The notes: generated by a model from the sequence alone, not told the origin. 64,000 nucleotides of DNA from Squalus acanthias (GCA_030390025.1 CM059431.1:108812001-108876000); one strand, 5' to 3'; positions 36,756-49,713 are shown, counted from the first letter of the stretch. Numbers and translations: made by a program.

Positions 36756-37176
36756 ATAAGTTTATGTTTCAAGCGACTTGTTTTGGAGAATGCCAAAAGC
36801 GCAAAATATATATCTGCAGCTGCAACAAGTTGCAAAATAATTGTTAAGCACAGAATTCGGAAGCTTTGATCATCTTTGCTTAAGTGGGTACAAAAAACAG
36901 TGGTTGGTCCACTTGTGAGCTATTCAGTCAGACCCATGTGTGTGTGTGTGTGTGCGTGCGCGGACACAAACCCACACACCGGGTAAGGATGGTGTTACCA
37001 ATATGGGTAAGGCTATAGATACCTTCTCTGGTTCAATGGCATCAGATCTGCCCACAAGTTCCCTGTTTAAAAGCCCGACTGCCCACCCCAGCTTTACTGT
37101 TTCAGAAATAGACTCTCTTCCGGGCGGAATTTTAACCTAAAAAAAAGGGTGGGTTTGGGTCAGGTGCGACGTTAAA

Positions 37177-37853
37177 GGGCTGGATTTTCATTGACCCGTG
37201 GAGGTGGGTTTGGAGGCGTGTGGGGGGTTAAAATTGTGAAAACTGGCGGGCGGGCACAAGCCCGCCTCCATCCCGCCTCCACACAATTTTCATTAAATCG
37301 TGTCTGCTGGTCCCGACTCCGTCCCACTTTTAAGAGGCAGGATAGGCTGTTAAGGCCCTTAACAAGCACTAAATTGCCTTTATAATGCCATTTTGAAAGG
37401 CCTTTGTGATTTTAACCCTTTTTCTACGTGAAGCACGCCTGTTCTGAACCACGAATGTGAAACCTGGCGGGAGCACATTTATTTGGCTGGCTGATCTGGG
37501 AGTGGTGGATGGGAGACATATCTGGGAGTGGTGGTGAATGGGAGACATATCTGGGAGTGGTGGTGCAAAAATATCTGGGAGCAGACCTAGGACTGCTGCT
37601 GCTCATTTTACATCCAGGTCCTCTCACAGCAAAGGCCAGGCAGTCTCTGAAGACCTTCAATGCAGCAGCAATGATGACATCATCAGAGGCAACTTTCAGA
37701 CTGAAAACACTAATTGGGTCATGGGTTCCCACATGCTGGAACTCAATTGCCCAATTAGGTGAAAATCGCATCAATCTCCCACATCCAATCGGGTGGATAA
37801 CACGAAAAGTGGATGACACGACCCCAACCCGCCCCAGTATCAAAATCCAGCCC
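37177..37853. mobile_element. Harbinger family-A deletion derivative
   Basis: GGGCTGGATTTT ... AAAATCCAGCCC; flanks AAA/ATA; right part matches 740-1041 including Myb start (MSSSSPRSAPR). Confidence 0.88.
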
Positions 37854-38844
37854 ATAGTTTTAAAAATCTGAATCCCGACCAGAACCCACATCTGTTTTTA
37901 ACGGAGGCGGGACATGGGGATGGACAGCCAACCCACTGCCAGGAGGCGAGTCATTCATTTAAATATTATAATTAGGCTGGAAGCCTCTGATTTAACCTCC
38001 ATTTTGAATTTAACTTTAGCTGGTTGGGTTTAGCAGGCCTCGTGAAACCTGCCAGCTAAAGTAAGACGAGGACTGATGGATTCAGGAGGTAAGTGCCTTT
38101 ACCTCCTGGATCCAGCGTCCCTGTCTAACCCTCAGAGACCCCCGTCACAAGGCCTCCGATTCCATCCCCTCCCCCGCTGCCCCGTTTCTCCAGCTCTCTC
38201 GTCTGTTTCCTCCCCCCACCCCGCTCCTCCGGCACCTGATTGTTGCCAACCCCCTCCTGCTCCTCCGCTCCCCCCAACCCCGCTCCTCCGGCCGCCAATC
38301 GTTCACTAACCCTCTGCCCACTCCTCCAGCCACCAATCGTTCCCTAATGCCCACACCCCCCCTGCTCCTGGCCCCCGATTGTTCCCGAACACTACCCGCC
38401 CCCACCTCCCACCACTGCGCTGCTCCTCTGGCCCTCCCCGTGCTCCGCCAGCCGCCCCACGCGATCCCTCCCTCCCTCCTCTCTGCAGCCTAGTGCCACA
38501 GGCCTACCCGCCCGGAGCCAGCCATCCTCTCAATCTGGCTGGCTGCGGGTGGGAAACAGAGGGGGCGATTTTCCCATTGGAGGCGGGTTGGAGGCGGGTT
38601 TCGGTTTGGGTGGGTTCCAAACCCGCCTCCACTGTCGGGTGGGAAAAATTTGCGATTTTCCCCTAATTGGCCAGTTGATTTCAGAGGTGTGGGTTCCCCT
38701 GGGAAAATTAGTCTTTGGGGACTGAAACTCGCCTCTGCTGATGTCACTTATCCAGCTTCATTTAAGGGCTGCTTGCTGCCTTGGCTCATTCCACTGGTTT
38801 TTGGTCGATGCTGCACCACCTCCAAACTTTTATCTCCTTGAAGA

Positions 38845-39002
38845 ATGGCCAGCTCCAAGGCAAGGGCCTCCCCGAGGTTCTCGGATGAGGCGCTGGGTAT
38901 GCTGGTTGAGGGGGCGAGAGCTAGCAGGGAGGTGCTCTTCCCCTCATCTGGGAGGAAGAGGCCTCCCAAAGAAACCAAGGCTGTGTGGGTCCAGCTGGCA
39001 AG
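38845..39002 (+). pseudogene. Truncated Myb/SANT-like accessory gene
   Basis: MASSKARASPRFSDEALGMLVEGARASREVLFPSSGRKRPPKETKAVWVQLA, close to the 763-523 copy. Confidence 0.85.
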
Positions 39003-39271
39003 GGAAAAAACCTCCAGATCTGTGTGCAGATTGGGTGATTGTTTCTGTTTATTGATGAAATGCCATCCCTGTGTGAATGTATTAAAATGAGGTGATGGCA
39101 AACTGTTGGCGTGATGGCATATGTTATTTCGGCTTAGGCAGCTCCGCATTGCAGGCTCCGCGACACTTGCGTGGTCAGGTTGGTGGTCAGAGTGAAAGGA
39201 AGCCAGAGAGTCATGTCCATTGCCTATTATGTGTTAAGAAGGAGCCAAGCACATGTGCCACAATGGGCAAC

Positions 39272-40353
39272 CTATGCAAATCTGGCCAGGATGAGTGCAT
39301 CCCTTGCATCACGGGCAGCCATGTGCTCACGTGTTGCTGCTGCTGCTGGTAGATATGCCGCTGCTCGGTCCTCCAACTCCTCCTCCTCCTCCTCATCTGA
39401 GGAGGCTATGAACTGAGCCACTTGCTCATCAGGAAGCTGCAAGCCACGACGCTGTGCCATGTTGTGCAGTGCACAGCAGACCACGACCATTCTGGAGACC
39501 CTGGTTGCTGAATACTGCAGGGCTCCACCTGATCTATCAAGGCATCGGAATCACATCTTCAGCAAGCCAATGGTTTGCTCGATGATGGACCTGGTCGAAA
39601 TGTGGCTGGCGTTGTAGCGCTCCTCAGCCTCGTTAGAACTTGGCACAAACATGCAAAATCTCCTTCTTGTGGTTACACACCAGCTGTACGTTGAGGGAGT
39701 GGAAGCCCTTGCGGTTGACAAAGATAGCTGGGTTGTGATGGGGTGCCCTAAAGGCCACATGTGTGCAGTCTATGATGCCCTGCACCATTGGCAAGCCTGC
39801 CATATTTGCAAAGCCAACTGAACGCGTGGTTATACTTGCTTGATCCCTTGAGAAGTGTATGTAATTGTGCGCCTTTGCGAAAAGGACATCGGTAACCTGC
39901 GTGATGCAATTGTGGGCGGCCGACTGGGAGATGCCGCTGATGTCTGCTGATGATCCCTGGAAGGAGCCTGAAGCAAAGAAGTTGAGTGCGGTGGTGACTT
40001 TGACAGTCACTGGTAAGGGGTGTCCACCCGCTCCTCTGGACTCCAGGTGTTGGTGCAGCAGTGCGCAGATATCTCCAACAACCTCTCGCGAAAGTCTCAG
40101 CCTCCTTTGGCACTGCTACTCACTCCTGTTGAGGTAGCTCATCCTCTGTCTGTAAACCCTGAGAAGGGGGGTATCTCCTGCGGCGATGTGCTTCCATGCG
40201 CTGGCACCTTCTGCCCTGTGCAGCATCAGGTGGGTGATCAGGAGGTTGGCGCTCCTGCTGCTGTTGCTGCTGAGCTGCCTGGTTCGGCTGCTGCCGTGGC
40301 TGCTCCTCATCCGAATCTGAGGTCCATGATGAAAGGAAATAAATGGTTCCCAT
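39272..40353 (-). pseudogene. HARBI1-like transposase, frameshifted, second catalytic Asp region deleted near 39632
   Basis: [39 protein letters not shown] joined directly to EAEERYN..IIEQTIGLLKM, CCALHN. Confidence 0.9.
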
Positions 40354-41414
40354 GCTGCTGGCAGATACCTCCGTTGGGGAAGCACTCAGTCCAAGCGGGG
40401 AGAGGATCTTCCAAGGAGGTCCCACAGTTGAGAGATAGAAGCTGCAGCACCTCCGACTTCTGTAGGCCTGCTAAAAGTGTTGAAAGACCTTTGGAACAAA
40501 AGTTCTGCCGCCTGCAACTGCTCCCTGATGAAAGCTCCATTTTAATGGTGGAGCTGCAGCTGTGAGGAGGCCACCCACTTGTCAACCCGTCAGGATTAGC
40601 TGGCGTGGTTTAGGAGGGTCGTGCAACACGCACAAAATGTGGTACAATAACAAAGGCCTGTCAAAATAGGATTATAGAGGCCCTTAACTACTATTTAAGG
40701 GTCTTAACTACCTCTCCCGACTGATGGAGGCGGGACCGAATCGCACCCACGAATCCCGCCTCCGGCAAAATTGCGCGGAGGCAGGTTGGAGGCGGGTTCC
40801 AAACTCGCCCTCACTTTTTGCGATTATGCCAACTGTTCCGCCTCCAAACCGCTTCCTCGGGGCTGGGAAAATCGTCCCCAGAGGTTTCCCATGCAAATCA
40901 GGCCCTGCCGTTAAATTCGGCAGGGCTTGCGGGAAACCTGGGAGAATGTATTTATTAGCTCCTACTCCGTTCACAGAAGGACAGGGATTAAAGGACTTTT
41001 CACTGCAATGTCTGTGAGGTGAGCTTTTTTTTTTGATTGCCTAGAGAACTGTTTATCATTTGTCCCTTGGGGAAACAACTTCTATTTAGCATATTAACCA
41101 CCTTTCGACTAGGTGCATTTTTCTTAAATGTGGGAAAATACACTTTGTTAAAAAAATATATTTAAAGTAGTTTTATCAAATTCTTTCTGTTGAAAAAATG
41201 GCTGAAAATTCCCAAAATGTGACAGATGGGAACAAGCTTGATTGTGATGCCACTCACATTTAACAGCCTCACAACACCCATTGACTACATGCACACTTTG
41301 GAGAATTACCACTTGGGCAAAGTGTTGAAGGGCTGTCACCAGCATGATACTGGACCCCAGCAGGAGTCAGCAACTTCAGAAGAGGAAGGAAGAACATTGA
41401 AGGAAAAAAAATAA

Positions 41415-42410
41415 GGGGGTGGGAATTCGTTTCGGCCCATTTTCAGGCCTGACATAGGCCGCGCGCTCCAGAGGTCAGAGGCCCCAAGGCATGCCTAAAA
41501 TTGGGCCTCAGACTTTGCCTGCATGTATCTGGTGAGCTGTGGGCATTAATTACACATCCAGAGGCAGCTCGCCGGATTTACAAGGGCAAAGTTGGGCTGG
41601 CTGCATTTCCAGTAGCTGGGGTGGAGGTAAGCAGGAGAGACGGAGGGGACGATCGAAAGGGCAGGAGGGGGGGGCAATCGAAAGGGAGGCGGCCGCGCAA
41701 GGGCCTGCGATGGCCTTTGGGACTGCTGTGGAACCGGGAGGAGCACTCCCTTTACTTTTTTTGGTGGCAGCCTGCAGCAATCCCGTTAAGGACCGCTGTT
41801 TAGACATGGTTAACCTGAAATTAGCAGGCCAGGCAGGGCAGTCCAATTTCAGGAAGGGGGTCATCAAACAGGCCTCGGGCCCCATATTTGCATATGCAAA
41901 GGACCCAACGCCTGTTTCAGGTGCGGGGCCCTGGACGCCGATACTGGGGGCCCTTACCAATATGGCGGGTGGCGCTCTTCGGGCACGCCGCACGCCATAT
42001 TGGACGTGTAGGCGTCCGTTTCGTGACTGCCGAGGAACCTAAAACGTTGACAGAATTTTAAACTCCTATTAGTGAGGGCTTGACACTTAGCGTGGGCAGC
42101 GAAAGCTTGAACATAATCGCTTCGTTCTTTGCTTCGGAAGGAACAGACCGACAACAAAAAAAAAAACGCCGGCGTCACAAGAAAGCGTGCACGGGGCCCC
42201 AAGGCTCTGCCTGGTGCTTGCTCGCAACATGTCCACGCTGCTCTGAAAATCTGTTGTCCAAGGCAGCAGCAAAATGCATTAAAAAGTCAGGACGCTGTGA
42301 ATTTATGGGGTGGGCATCACCGTGACAGATATTTCAGCCCTGCAACTCCATTCGGCCTTTTCTGGATGCGTGTCCGTTGCATTCGAGGTCCAAATTGAAA
42401 AATCAATTCC
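41415..42410. mobile_element. GC-rich putative non-autonomous DNA element(s)
   Basis: TAA|GGGGGTGGGAATTCG start, CpG-rich palindromic motifs; right TIR not resolved. Confidence 0.4.
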
Positions 42411-43195
42411 AATTTAAATTATTGGAATAAAGAACACCAGGAGTCAGAGATAAAAAAAAAGGCGCTGTTCTCAAAGATCCTCTTTAATTGGAAAGTCATT
42501 TCTTCAGGGTATTCTAATGGTTCACAGGCAAGATTGCAAAGTAAAGTTGATGGGCTGGGGAAAGGTTAATAGCTGCTATGCTTTTTTGCACAGCAACATT
42601 CGCTCCTTGGCAATGACACAGCCATTAAACAAAGAAAAAAATCCACCAGATTCCGATTCACATCGTGTGTGTGTTTTTATTTTTATTCCGCCCCCCCACC
42701 CACCCCCACCCCCCGCTCTCTCTCCCCGAATCCCCCAGACTTTGCTAAATGGAAAGCCAAAACATTACTCCCAGGTTTGTGTCCCTCTTTTACAAAAGAA
42801 AAGTGAGTGGAGAAAGAAAAGGTAACTCCTGTTCATGTGAAACTCAATTTCATGGCACATTATCTCTTCCCATTCATTCCTCTCAGCTCTCATTTTCATT
42901 AAGACCATAGACAAGCATAAATTAATAATTACTTCAGGTTGAATAAATGCAGACCATCTTCTTAGCCCTAATTTTTTTCCTCACTGGCCCTTCATGTTCA
43001 TGCTTGCAAAATGTTAATTTAAGTAATGTGGCTTGCCCTCATGTTGCGTGATCCTGTTTTTGCAGTTTTGCTAATATATAATGGTTTGTTCTGATTAGGC
43101 AGCATTACCTTTATCTTTCGTTAAATCAAGCCATTCACTTCCCTCACACAGAATTGATATCTGTTCAATCTCTGAGAGTACCCATGGCCGGGAGT

Positions 43196-43581
43196 GGGCA
43201 GAATTTCAATTTCCATCCCAAAATGGGCATGAAGTGGTTGGGGCTGGTAAATGCGGTTGAGAATTCTTTTAAAACAACGCTGGTGCGGCCTCTATCCTGA
43301 CTGTTCCCGCCCAGGGTCTGTGGGTGGGTTTTAGAATGGATTAATCCAGTGCTCAGGAAGTTGAATTTGGCAGAAGGGTTGTAAAAACAGGAGCAGGGCA
43401 CCTCATTGACATATATCCATTCGACCTCATTGGTTTCAGGTGGACACCCGGGATGACTAAATCGCACGCGACTAAATATGGCATGAGGCGCACTCCCCGT
43501 ACAGATGGGTGTGTGAAATTTGGAGAGGTAACGACCATTTTACAGATGCAAAATGGGTGTCCAGGAGTTGAATTTCTACTC
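43196..43581. mobile_element. Degenerate MITE
   Basis: GGGCAGAATTTCAATTTCC / GGAGTTGAATTTCTACTC imperfect termini. Confidence 0.5.
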
Positions 43582-44814
43582 ATGCTTTCTTCAGAATCTG
43601 CTTATTTTTCCATATGCTTTAAAAATAGTCTTTAACCAAGCTGATCAATTCCATTTAATGCCCATTCTCAGACATGTTTATTGATGTATTGCAATCTAAA
43701 TCGGGCCAAAACACATTTCTTTTGGAATATCTCTGTTTCTTACTTTAGTCCGTGCCATACAACTGACTGTATATATAAACTGCCCATATAAACACACTGA
43801 ATTTGCCCCTAATGCACTGTTAAAATTACTAAAGATCTTCTCAAGTGGTGCAATATGCCTTCGAATCCATCATCAAAATCAGAAATTCTCTTTGTCCTGT
43901 CGGATACAGCACCTCTATCATCTTCAAGCATAATAGAAGCTGCAATGAGTAAAACACAGCAACAAACACGTTAAAACGAAAGTGTCTAATGTTATTTAGG
44001 TATTATAATAATAATATGCATTATAAGCACTATCTCTCAGAGAATTTAAAGTACCAATCCAATGCTGAAATTCAGATGGCATTCATCAATCACAGATCAA
44101 GTGCTGAAGTTACCAAGTGACTGAATCTTCAATGGCTGTAATTCATTTAGAGGACAATAGGCATGTCTGTCTACTCCTAGTTTCAGTTTTATTTGCTGTG
44201 TTAACGAACCTACAATTCTGATCTCTTTATAAATACATTTGTCTCGATATTTTTCCTTCCTTCCCTCCGTGTTTCCATATGGACTTATTTCAGCTAGGAT
44301 AGTGGACCACAATGGCCCTCAATATTGCTCCTTGTCAATGGACAGCTAGCCTATTCTGTTCAGAGGGATTGGTCACCTACCCGATTTTTATTTTCTTCTT
44401 TCCCCCAAGAGATGAAGTGCTCCATCTGGCAACTTCTCAAACAATGTAACTCATCCTCTGGAGAATAGCCAGGACTGTCAGTTGAAGCACAAATTCAACT
44501 CCCAGCTTTCTGAATGAGATCTAGTGCTGGAGTTACCAAGAACCAGTCAATTCAGATTACATTATATGTTAGATCTACTGCTTTGTAGTCAGTAGTTTTT
44601 TGTTCAGTATATAATTCAGATCAAAGTAACAAGCTCTCAAGGGCATTTTCGTTATTTATAATGTTTGCCTTGAAACTATTTAAAATATACTTACTTTGAA
44701 AACTACAGATTTGCATAGCTGGTGCCCTTTTAAGATCCCACACCTGGTCCCTGTCCAGGAATCTCTGGTTTCCATACTTAAAACTCATGATGCCACTAAA
44801 AAAATCTTTCATAA

Positions 44815-45845
44815 CCTCAAGAAGTCCCAAAGTGCTTCACAGCCAATAACGTACTTTTGAAATGTAGTTACTTAATGACCAATTAAGTGGTTTTAATGAT
44901 GTCGGTTAAGAGATAATTGTTGGCTAAGACAAATGCCCCACTCTTCTTCGAAAAGTATCTTGCGATCTTTCACGTCCACCCAAAAGGTCTTTAACGGCCC
45001 GTATTTTCCGACTCCCACGGGTGTGTACGCGCTGTGTACACACCCGTAGGGGCCTCGCAAGTGCCGGTTTCAGGCATGCGAAGCGCGTGTGCTGAAAACC
45101 GGCACTTATGATCTGTCAAGAATCCTCTTGACTGATCCTCCGCATGCCCTGGAGAAGGGCCTCTGCGGGTGGAGAGTTCCGCCGTCTGCACAACCTCCGC
45201 CTGCTGAAAACCCTTAGAAATCTTACGCCTGGTAAAAGCCTGCGTAAGGCCTGCTTTTACCAGCATAAGAGTTTAAAAAAGTAAAATAATACATTTTTTC
45301 ACTCATTTATAATTTTAAAATACTTTTATAAAAGGTAAGTTTATTTTTAGCCCCGTAAAAAACTTTCATTATTTTTTTCAAAAAATTAAATTTTTGTTTA
45401 AAATATTTAATTTAATGTAATTTTAACTAATTTTAAATACGTGATTTAAAAAAAATGTATTTAATGTTTTAGTGTGTTTTTTGAGTGATCCCCATTCATA
45501 CGTTTGACGGGCCTACGTGATCCCAGGGACGCTTGCGAACCACCTGCTCCCCTGGGATACCTGGACCTCTGCGCGCGCGGACCAGGAGAGGCCCGGGAGT
45601 GGAAGTGTCGGGACCTACGGAGCCAGCAGGTAAGTTCGTAGATTTTTTTTCCAGATCGGAGGCATCCGCCCGCAGGAAGCCTCCGATCGGAAAATGCGGG
45701 CTAATGCCTCATCCAAAAGACAGCACGTCCAGCACTCCCTCAGTACTGCACTGGAATACTAGCCACGATTATGCACACAAGTGTCATGGAGTAAGGCTCA
45801 AACCCACACTCCTTCTGACACAAAGGCAAGAGTGCTACCAATGAG
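44815..45845 (-). mobile_element. Old Deu-SINE split by the 44996-45702 element
   Basis: Deu core fragments at 44815-44995 and 45703-45845. Confidence 0.7.
44996..45702. mobile_element. Harbinger-type MITE with AT-rich centre
   Basis: GCCCGTATTTTCCGA / TCGGAAAATGCGGGC (14/15); flanks AAC/AAT. Confidence 0.82.
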
Positions 45846-45947
45846 GCAAGACTGAAACAACTCGAAGAGTTCAAAAAAGTCATTTTCTGAACAACTAAAA
45901 TGATGAACAGTTCATGACTGAGTCAACTGGAGCTGCACTTATCCTTT

Positions 45948-46388
45948 GTGTCAGCTGTGGCTCAGTTGGTAGCACTCCTGCCTCTGAGTCAGAAGGTTGT
46001 GGGTTCACAGTCCCACTCCAGAGACTTGAGCAAAAATATCTAGGCTGACACTCCAGTGGAGTGCTGCACTGTCAGAGGAGCTGTCTTTGGATGAGATGTT
46101 AAACTGAGGCCCTGTCTGCTCGCTCAGGTGGATATAAAAGATCCTATGGCTCTATTTTATCCCCAGTGTCCTAGCCAAGATTTATCCCTCAATCAACATC
46201 ACTAAAACAGATTATCTGGTCATTATCACTTTGCTGTTTGTGGGAGCTTGCTGTGCGCAAATTGGCTGCCGCGTTTCCCACATTACAACAGTGACTACAC
46301 TCCAAAAAGTACTTCATTGGCTGTAAAGCACTTTGGGACGTCCGGTAGTTGTGAAGGGCGCTGTGTAAATGCAAATCTTTCTTTTTTC
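45948..46388 (+). mobile_element. Deu-domain SINE (SacSINE1-like)
   Basis: Full head, core and tail as in 12611-13063. Confidence 0.9.
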
Positions 46389-47548
46389 GGGTTTTCCCTG
46401 GACACTAGGATTTTATTTTTCATTCCCTCTCTTAGTTGGAACTAAGCAAACATTTTGGAGAGGAAATTAAGGGTTAAGCTGGCCTCCATGGAGAATGTGA
46501 CTGAATGTGCACTTTCAATTAGAAATAATTGAGTTAAGTAGGGCAAATGATTAACTTCTTGATAGATTTAAAAAAAAAAATCAATTAAACTCCATAGCAG
46601 CAATGCACTGAGAGGAGGCTGCTTAGCCTAGTGCTGCAAGCTGAACTCTTTTTTTGGTTAGGTAGCAAAGGCCATAAAAAAGATGAAGCACTGTTTCCTG
46701 TAATGTGTTCTTTACTTGTCACTACAACCCATAAATGCTGCTTTATCAGGACTGAAACTCATACTTCCCGGTCAGCGAACTAATCAACTCGTGCCAAAGC
46801 TATCCAATCTGTAGCAGCTGCGCCTAACCAATTTTAGTATAAATTATTTTTTAAATTCATTTTCTATTAAAAATCATCCGTCATGAAAAATTGAAATCCA
46901 GTCATCCATTGAAACCTATAGGGTTACCATCAACATCTCCATCCTTCACTCTAACATCTGACTGATTCCAATAGGCTTGATCCACGCTTCTGGGAATAAG
47001 CTGCCCAGTAACTTACTGCAAAAGGAAGAAATAGGTGAAAGCTCAAATAGTCAATAGTTCTGAAGAAGTATGTAGTGTCTGTTTGCTAAATTTTGGACCG
47101 AGTGGTATTAAATTAACTACACTAACAATGGTTTAAATCATTAAAAAAACACATGGCTTAACATCTACCCTGCACAACAAAACAGATATATAACTGGCAC
47201 TGGAGAGAAACGAGCAATTTGCTCCAGCAAAGGTGTCTGAGGTAGCTGTGCCGTTCAAGAAGCGGAGGGTGTTACAGCTCTGTTCAATCCTGTGCTTACC
47301 TGATGTCCTCACACGCACACTTCTAGGAAAAGTCATTAAGGTAGCTGGCAGGAGAGCAAATCCTAGTTGATTTTCACCTCCCTAACCTGGAGCAAAGAGG
47401 CCAATCGCACCATCACTAATGCCACCATAGCGGAAATTAGCTAATGGAGCACAGTCCGAGATGAAACTGGGGACATTGCTGCTTTGTACAGCTCAGCTAC
47501 TCACTGCCTTAACCAGCTGAGGTATTGGAGGACTTCCCTTTTAATATT

Positions 47549-47996
47549 AAGAAAGATTTGCATTTCTATAGCGCCTTTCACAACCACCAGACGTCCTAAA
47601 GCGCTTTACAGCCAATGAAGTACTTTTTAAACGTAGTCACTGTTGTAATGTAGGAAACGCGGCAGCCAATCTGCGCACAGCAAGCTCCCACAAACAGCAA
47701 TGTGATAATGACCAGAAAATCTGTTTTAGTGATGTCGATCGAACGATAAATATTGGCCAGGACACCAGGGATAACTCCCCTGCTCTTCTTCAAAATAGTG
47801 CCGTGGGATCTTTTACGTCCACCTGAGAGAGCAGACGGGGCCTCAGTTTATCATCTCATCCAAAAGACAGCACCTCCAACAGTGCAGCGCTCCCCTGGAG
47901 TGTCAGCCTAGATGTTTGTGCTTAAGTCTCTGGAGTAGGACTTGAACCCACAACCTTCTGATTCAAGGGTGCAACCGACTGAGCCACAGCTGACAC
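47549..47996 (-). mobile_element. Deu-domain SINE (SacSINE1-like)
   Basis: Reverse complement of the same family. Confidence 0.9.
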
Positions 47997-48374
47997 CTGT
48001 TGACCTTACTTGTAAGTTAAAACATGATATAATGCAGTCTATAATTCATATTTTGGAATTCATTACTTTAGGAAACTAATTGAACTCCTTGCACTTTGAC
48101 AATATGCTTTATATTCTCTACAAATGTGTTGGGCTGAATTTTTCCTCCGTGACAGGTTTACCACCAACAGTATGGCTGGACTCCACTTCCGCCTGCCAGT
48201 GTGACCACATCCTAGTTCCTGGGTCAATCTCCGTGAAGCACACTGGGACATTTCTTTCTATGTTAAAGGTGCTATATAAATGCAGGTTGTTAATGTTGTT
48301 CCCTGTGGAAGGAAAAGCCAAATTCAGTGAGAAATCAGAGGAATTTACTTAGCCCTTGTTCTTGGCGCAACCTT

Positions 48375-48760
48375 CTATCTGAAGCTGCCTTCTATCTCCA
48401 CGCACCTGGGAAGTAATGATTGTGGCAGAATGAACATGTTATGACAGGATCCTTGGGAATTAGTCAGCGCATGGAGGATGCTGTGTACATCACAGACTGC
48501 CTGAATGTTGACAGAACACAATCCCTTCCAACAGATTGTATAAAGGGATTCTGTGGAGGTGTACATGTGCACAATCTATTAACCCGAAGACTCCAGTGCA
48601 TGAAACTATCAGTGTTTTCTGTTGCTGATCCATTGTACTAGGTAAATAGATGTGCCGATCAGCCACCCTAAGCAAAGCAGCTGTCACCTGGCGAAGACAT
48701 TTCGATATGGTGTGACAAGGGAACCTTCAGTGCTACTGGGAAAGGTTTGCTCAGCGTAAA
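48375..48760 (-). pseudogene. Ancient Harbinger transposase remnant
   Basis: GVFGLIDCAHV and KGLCSVNIQAVCD..QGSCHNMFILPQS correspond to GAIDCTHV and [24 protein letters not shown]. Confidence 0.7.
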
Positions 48761-48867
48761 AAAATGTTTAAAAAATCAGCTCATATCTTTTGACCGAAAT
48801 CAAGAACTGTTCGCCCAGTTATATTAATTGTTTGGTACATCACCAAAAGGACCCCTGGAAAAACAAT

Positions 48868-49713
48868 GGGCTGGATTTTACCAGCCCCGAGGAGGCGGGT
48901 ATGGAGGCAGGACTGCCGGGAAAGTGGCAGAATTTGGGGGCGGGTGGCAAGCCCACCCCCAATCCGCCTCCGTGCCCTCTTGCCAGGAGGCAGGAAGCTG
49001 TCCCGCCCCGGGTCCCGTCTCCTTGGAGGTGGGAAGGGATTAAAGCCTATTAACTACCTGTTAACAGGTAGTTAACAGGCAGAAAATAGAATTACCCCCA
49101 TTTTTCGTCCTGAAGTGCGGGCTTCCCGACCTGGGGGAACCCCGCCAGGGTGTAGGAGATGAGTAGGAGGTCTGCGGGGATTGGAGGGGTCTGAAAGTGC
49201 GCTGTAGAGGTGAGTGATGGGTGCAAGTGTGGAGTGGTAAGTATGTGAGGTGAGTGTAAAGTGTTAGAAAATGTTAACTTACCTTTGTTTCTATCTACAG
49301 ACTTCAGCCGCTGTGGAGCTGGAGTCCCCGACATCTCCATTGTAGATTTCACAGACTGGCTGTTGCATCCTCCGATAAAACAGCCAGCTAATTTCTGCAA
49401 AGTAGAAAAGTTTGATGAGTCCTGAACACAAGGACTCATCAAACTACACAGAATGTCAGGGTTTGACAGCTTCATAGAGCTGTCAAACGATGACATTTCT
49501 TCTTTCAAAAATTCTTGACAGATGACACGTCATACGTTGACGTGCTCTGTCACTGACTTCCCTCTAATTGGTCTGCTGAGCCCGCCGGGCGGGCTTAACA
49601 AGGTCAATCAGGGGAAAATCCCGCTGGTTGGCCAGAAGCTGATGGAGGCGGGACTGAAACCCGGCAAGCAGCAGTCCCGCCTCCAACACATCACCATTCA
49701 GAAAATCCAGCCC
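48868..49713. mobile_element. Harbinger-derived MITE (846 bp family)
   Basis: GGGCTGGATTTT / AAAATCCAGCCC; reverse-orientation homolog of 20399-21243. Confidence 0.92.

Larger units (their letters stand above)
38561..40879. mobile_element. PIF/Harbinger transposon with two convergent, deleted genes; AGA TSD
   Basis: AGA|GGGGGCGATTTTCCC ... GGGAAAATCGTCCCC|AGA (14/15); GGAGGCGGG subterminal repeats. Confidence 0.92.
37122..40950. mobile_element. Outer non-autonomous DNA element hosting two nested Harbinger insertions
   Basis: GGGCGGAATTTTAAC start; sequence resumes after 37853 and 40879; right boundary uncertain. Confidence 0.5.
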
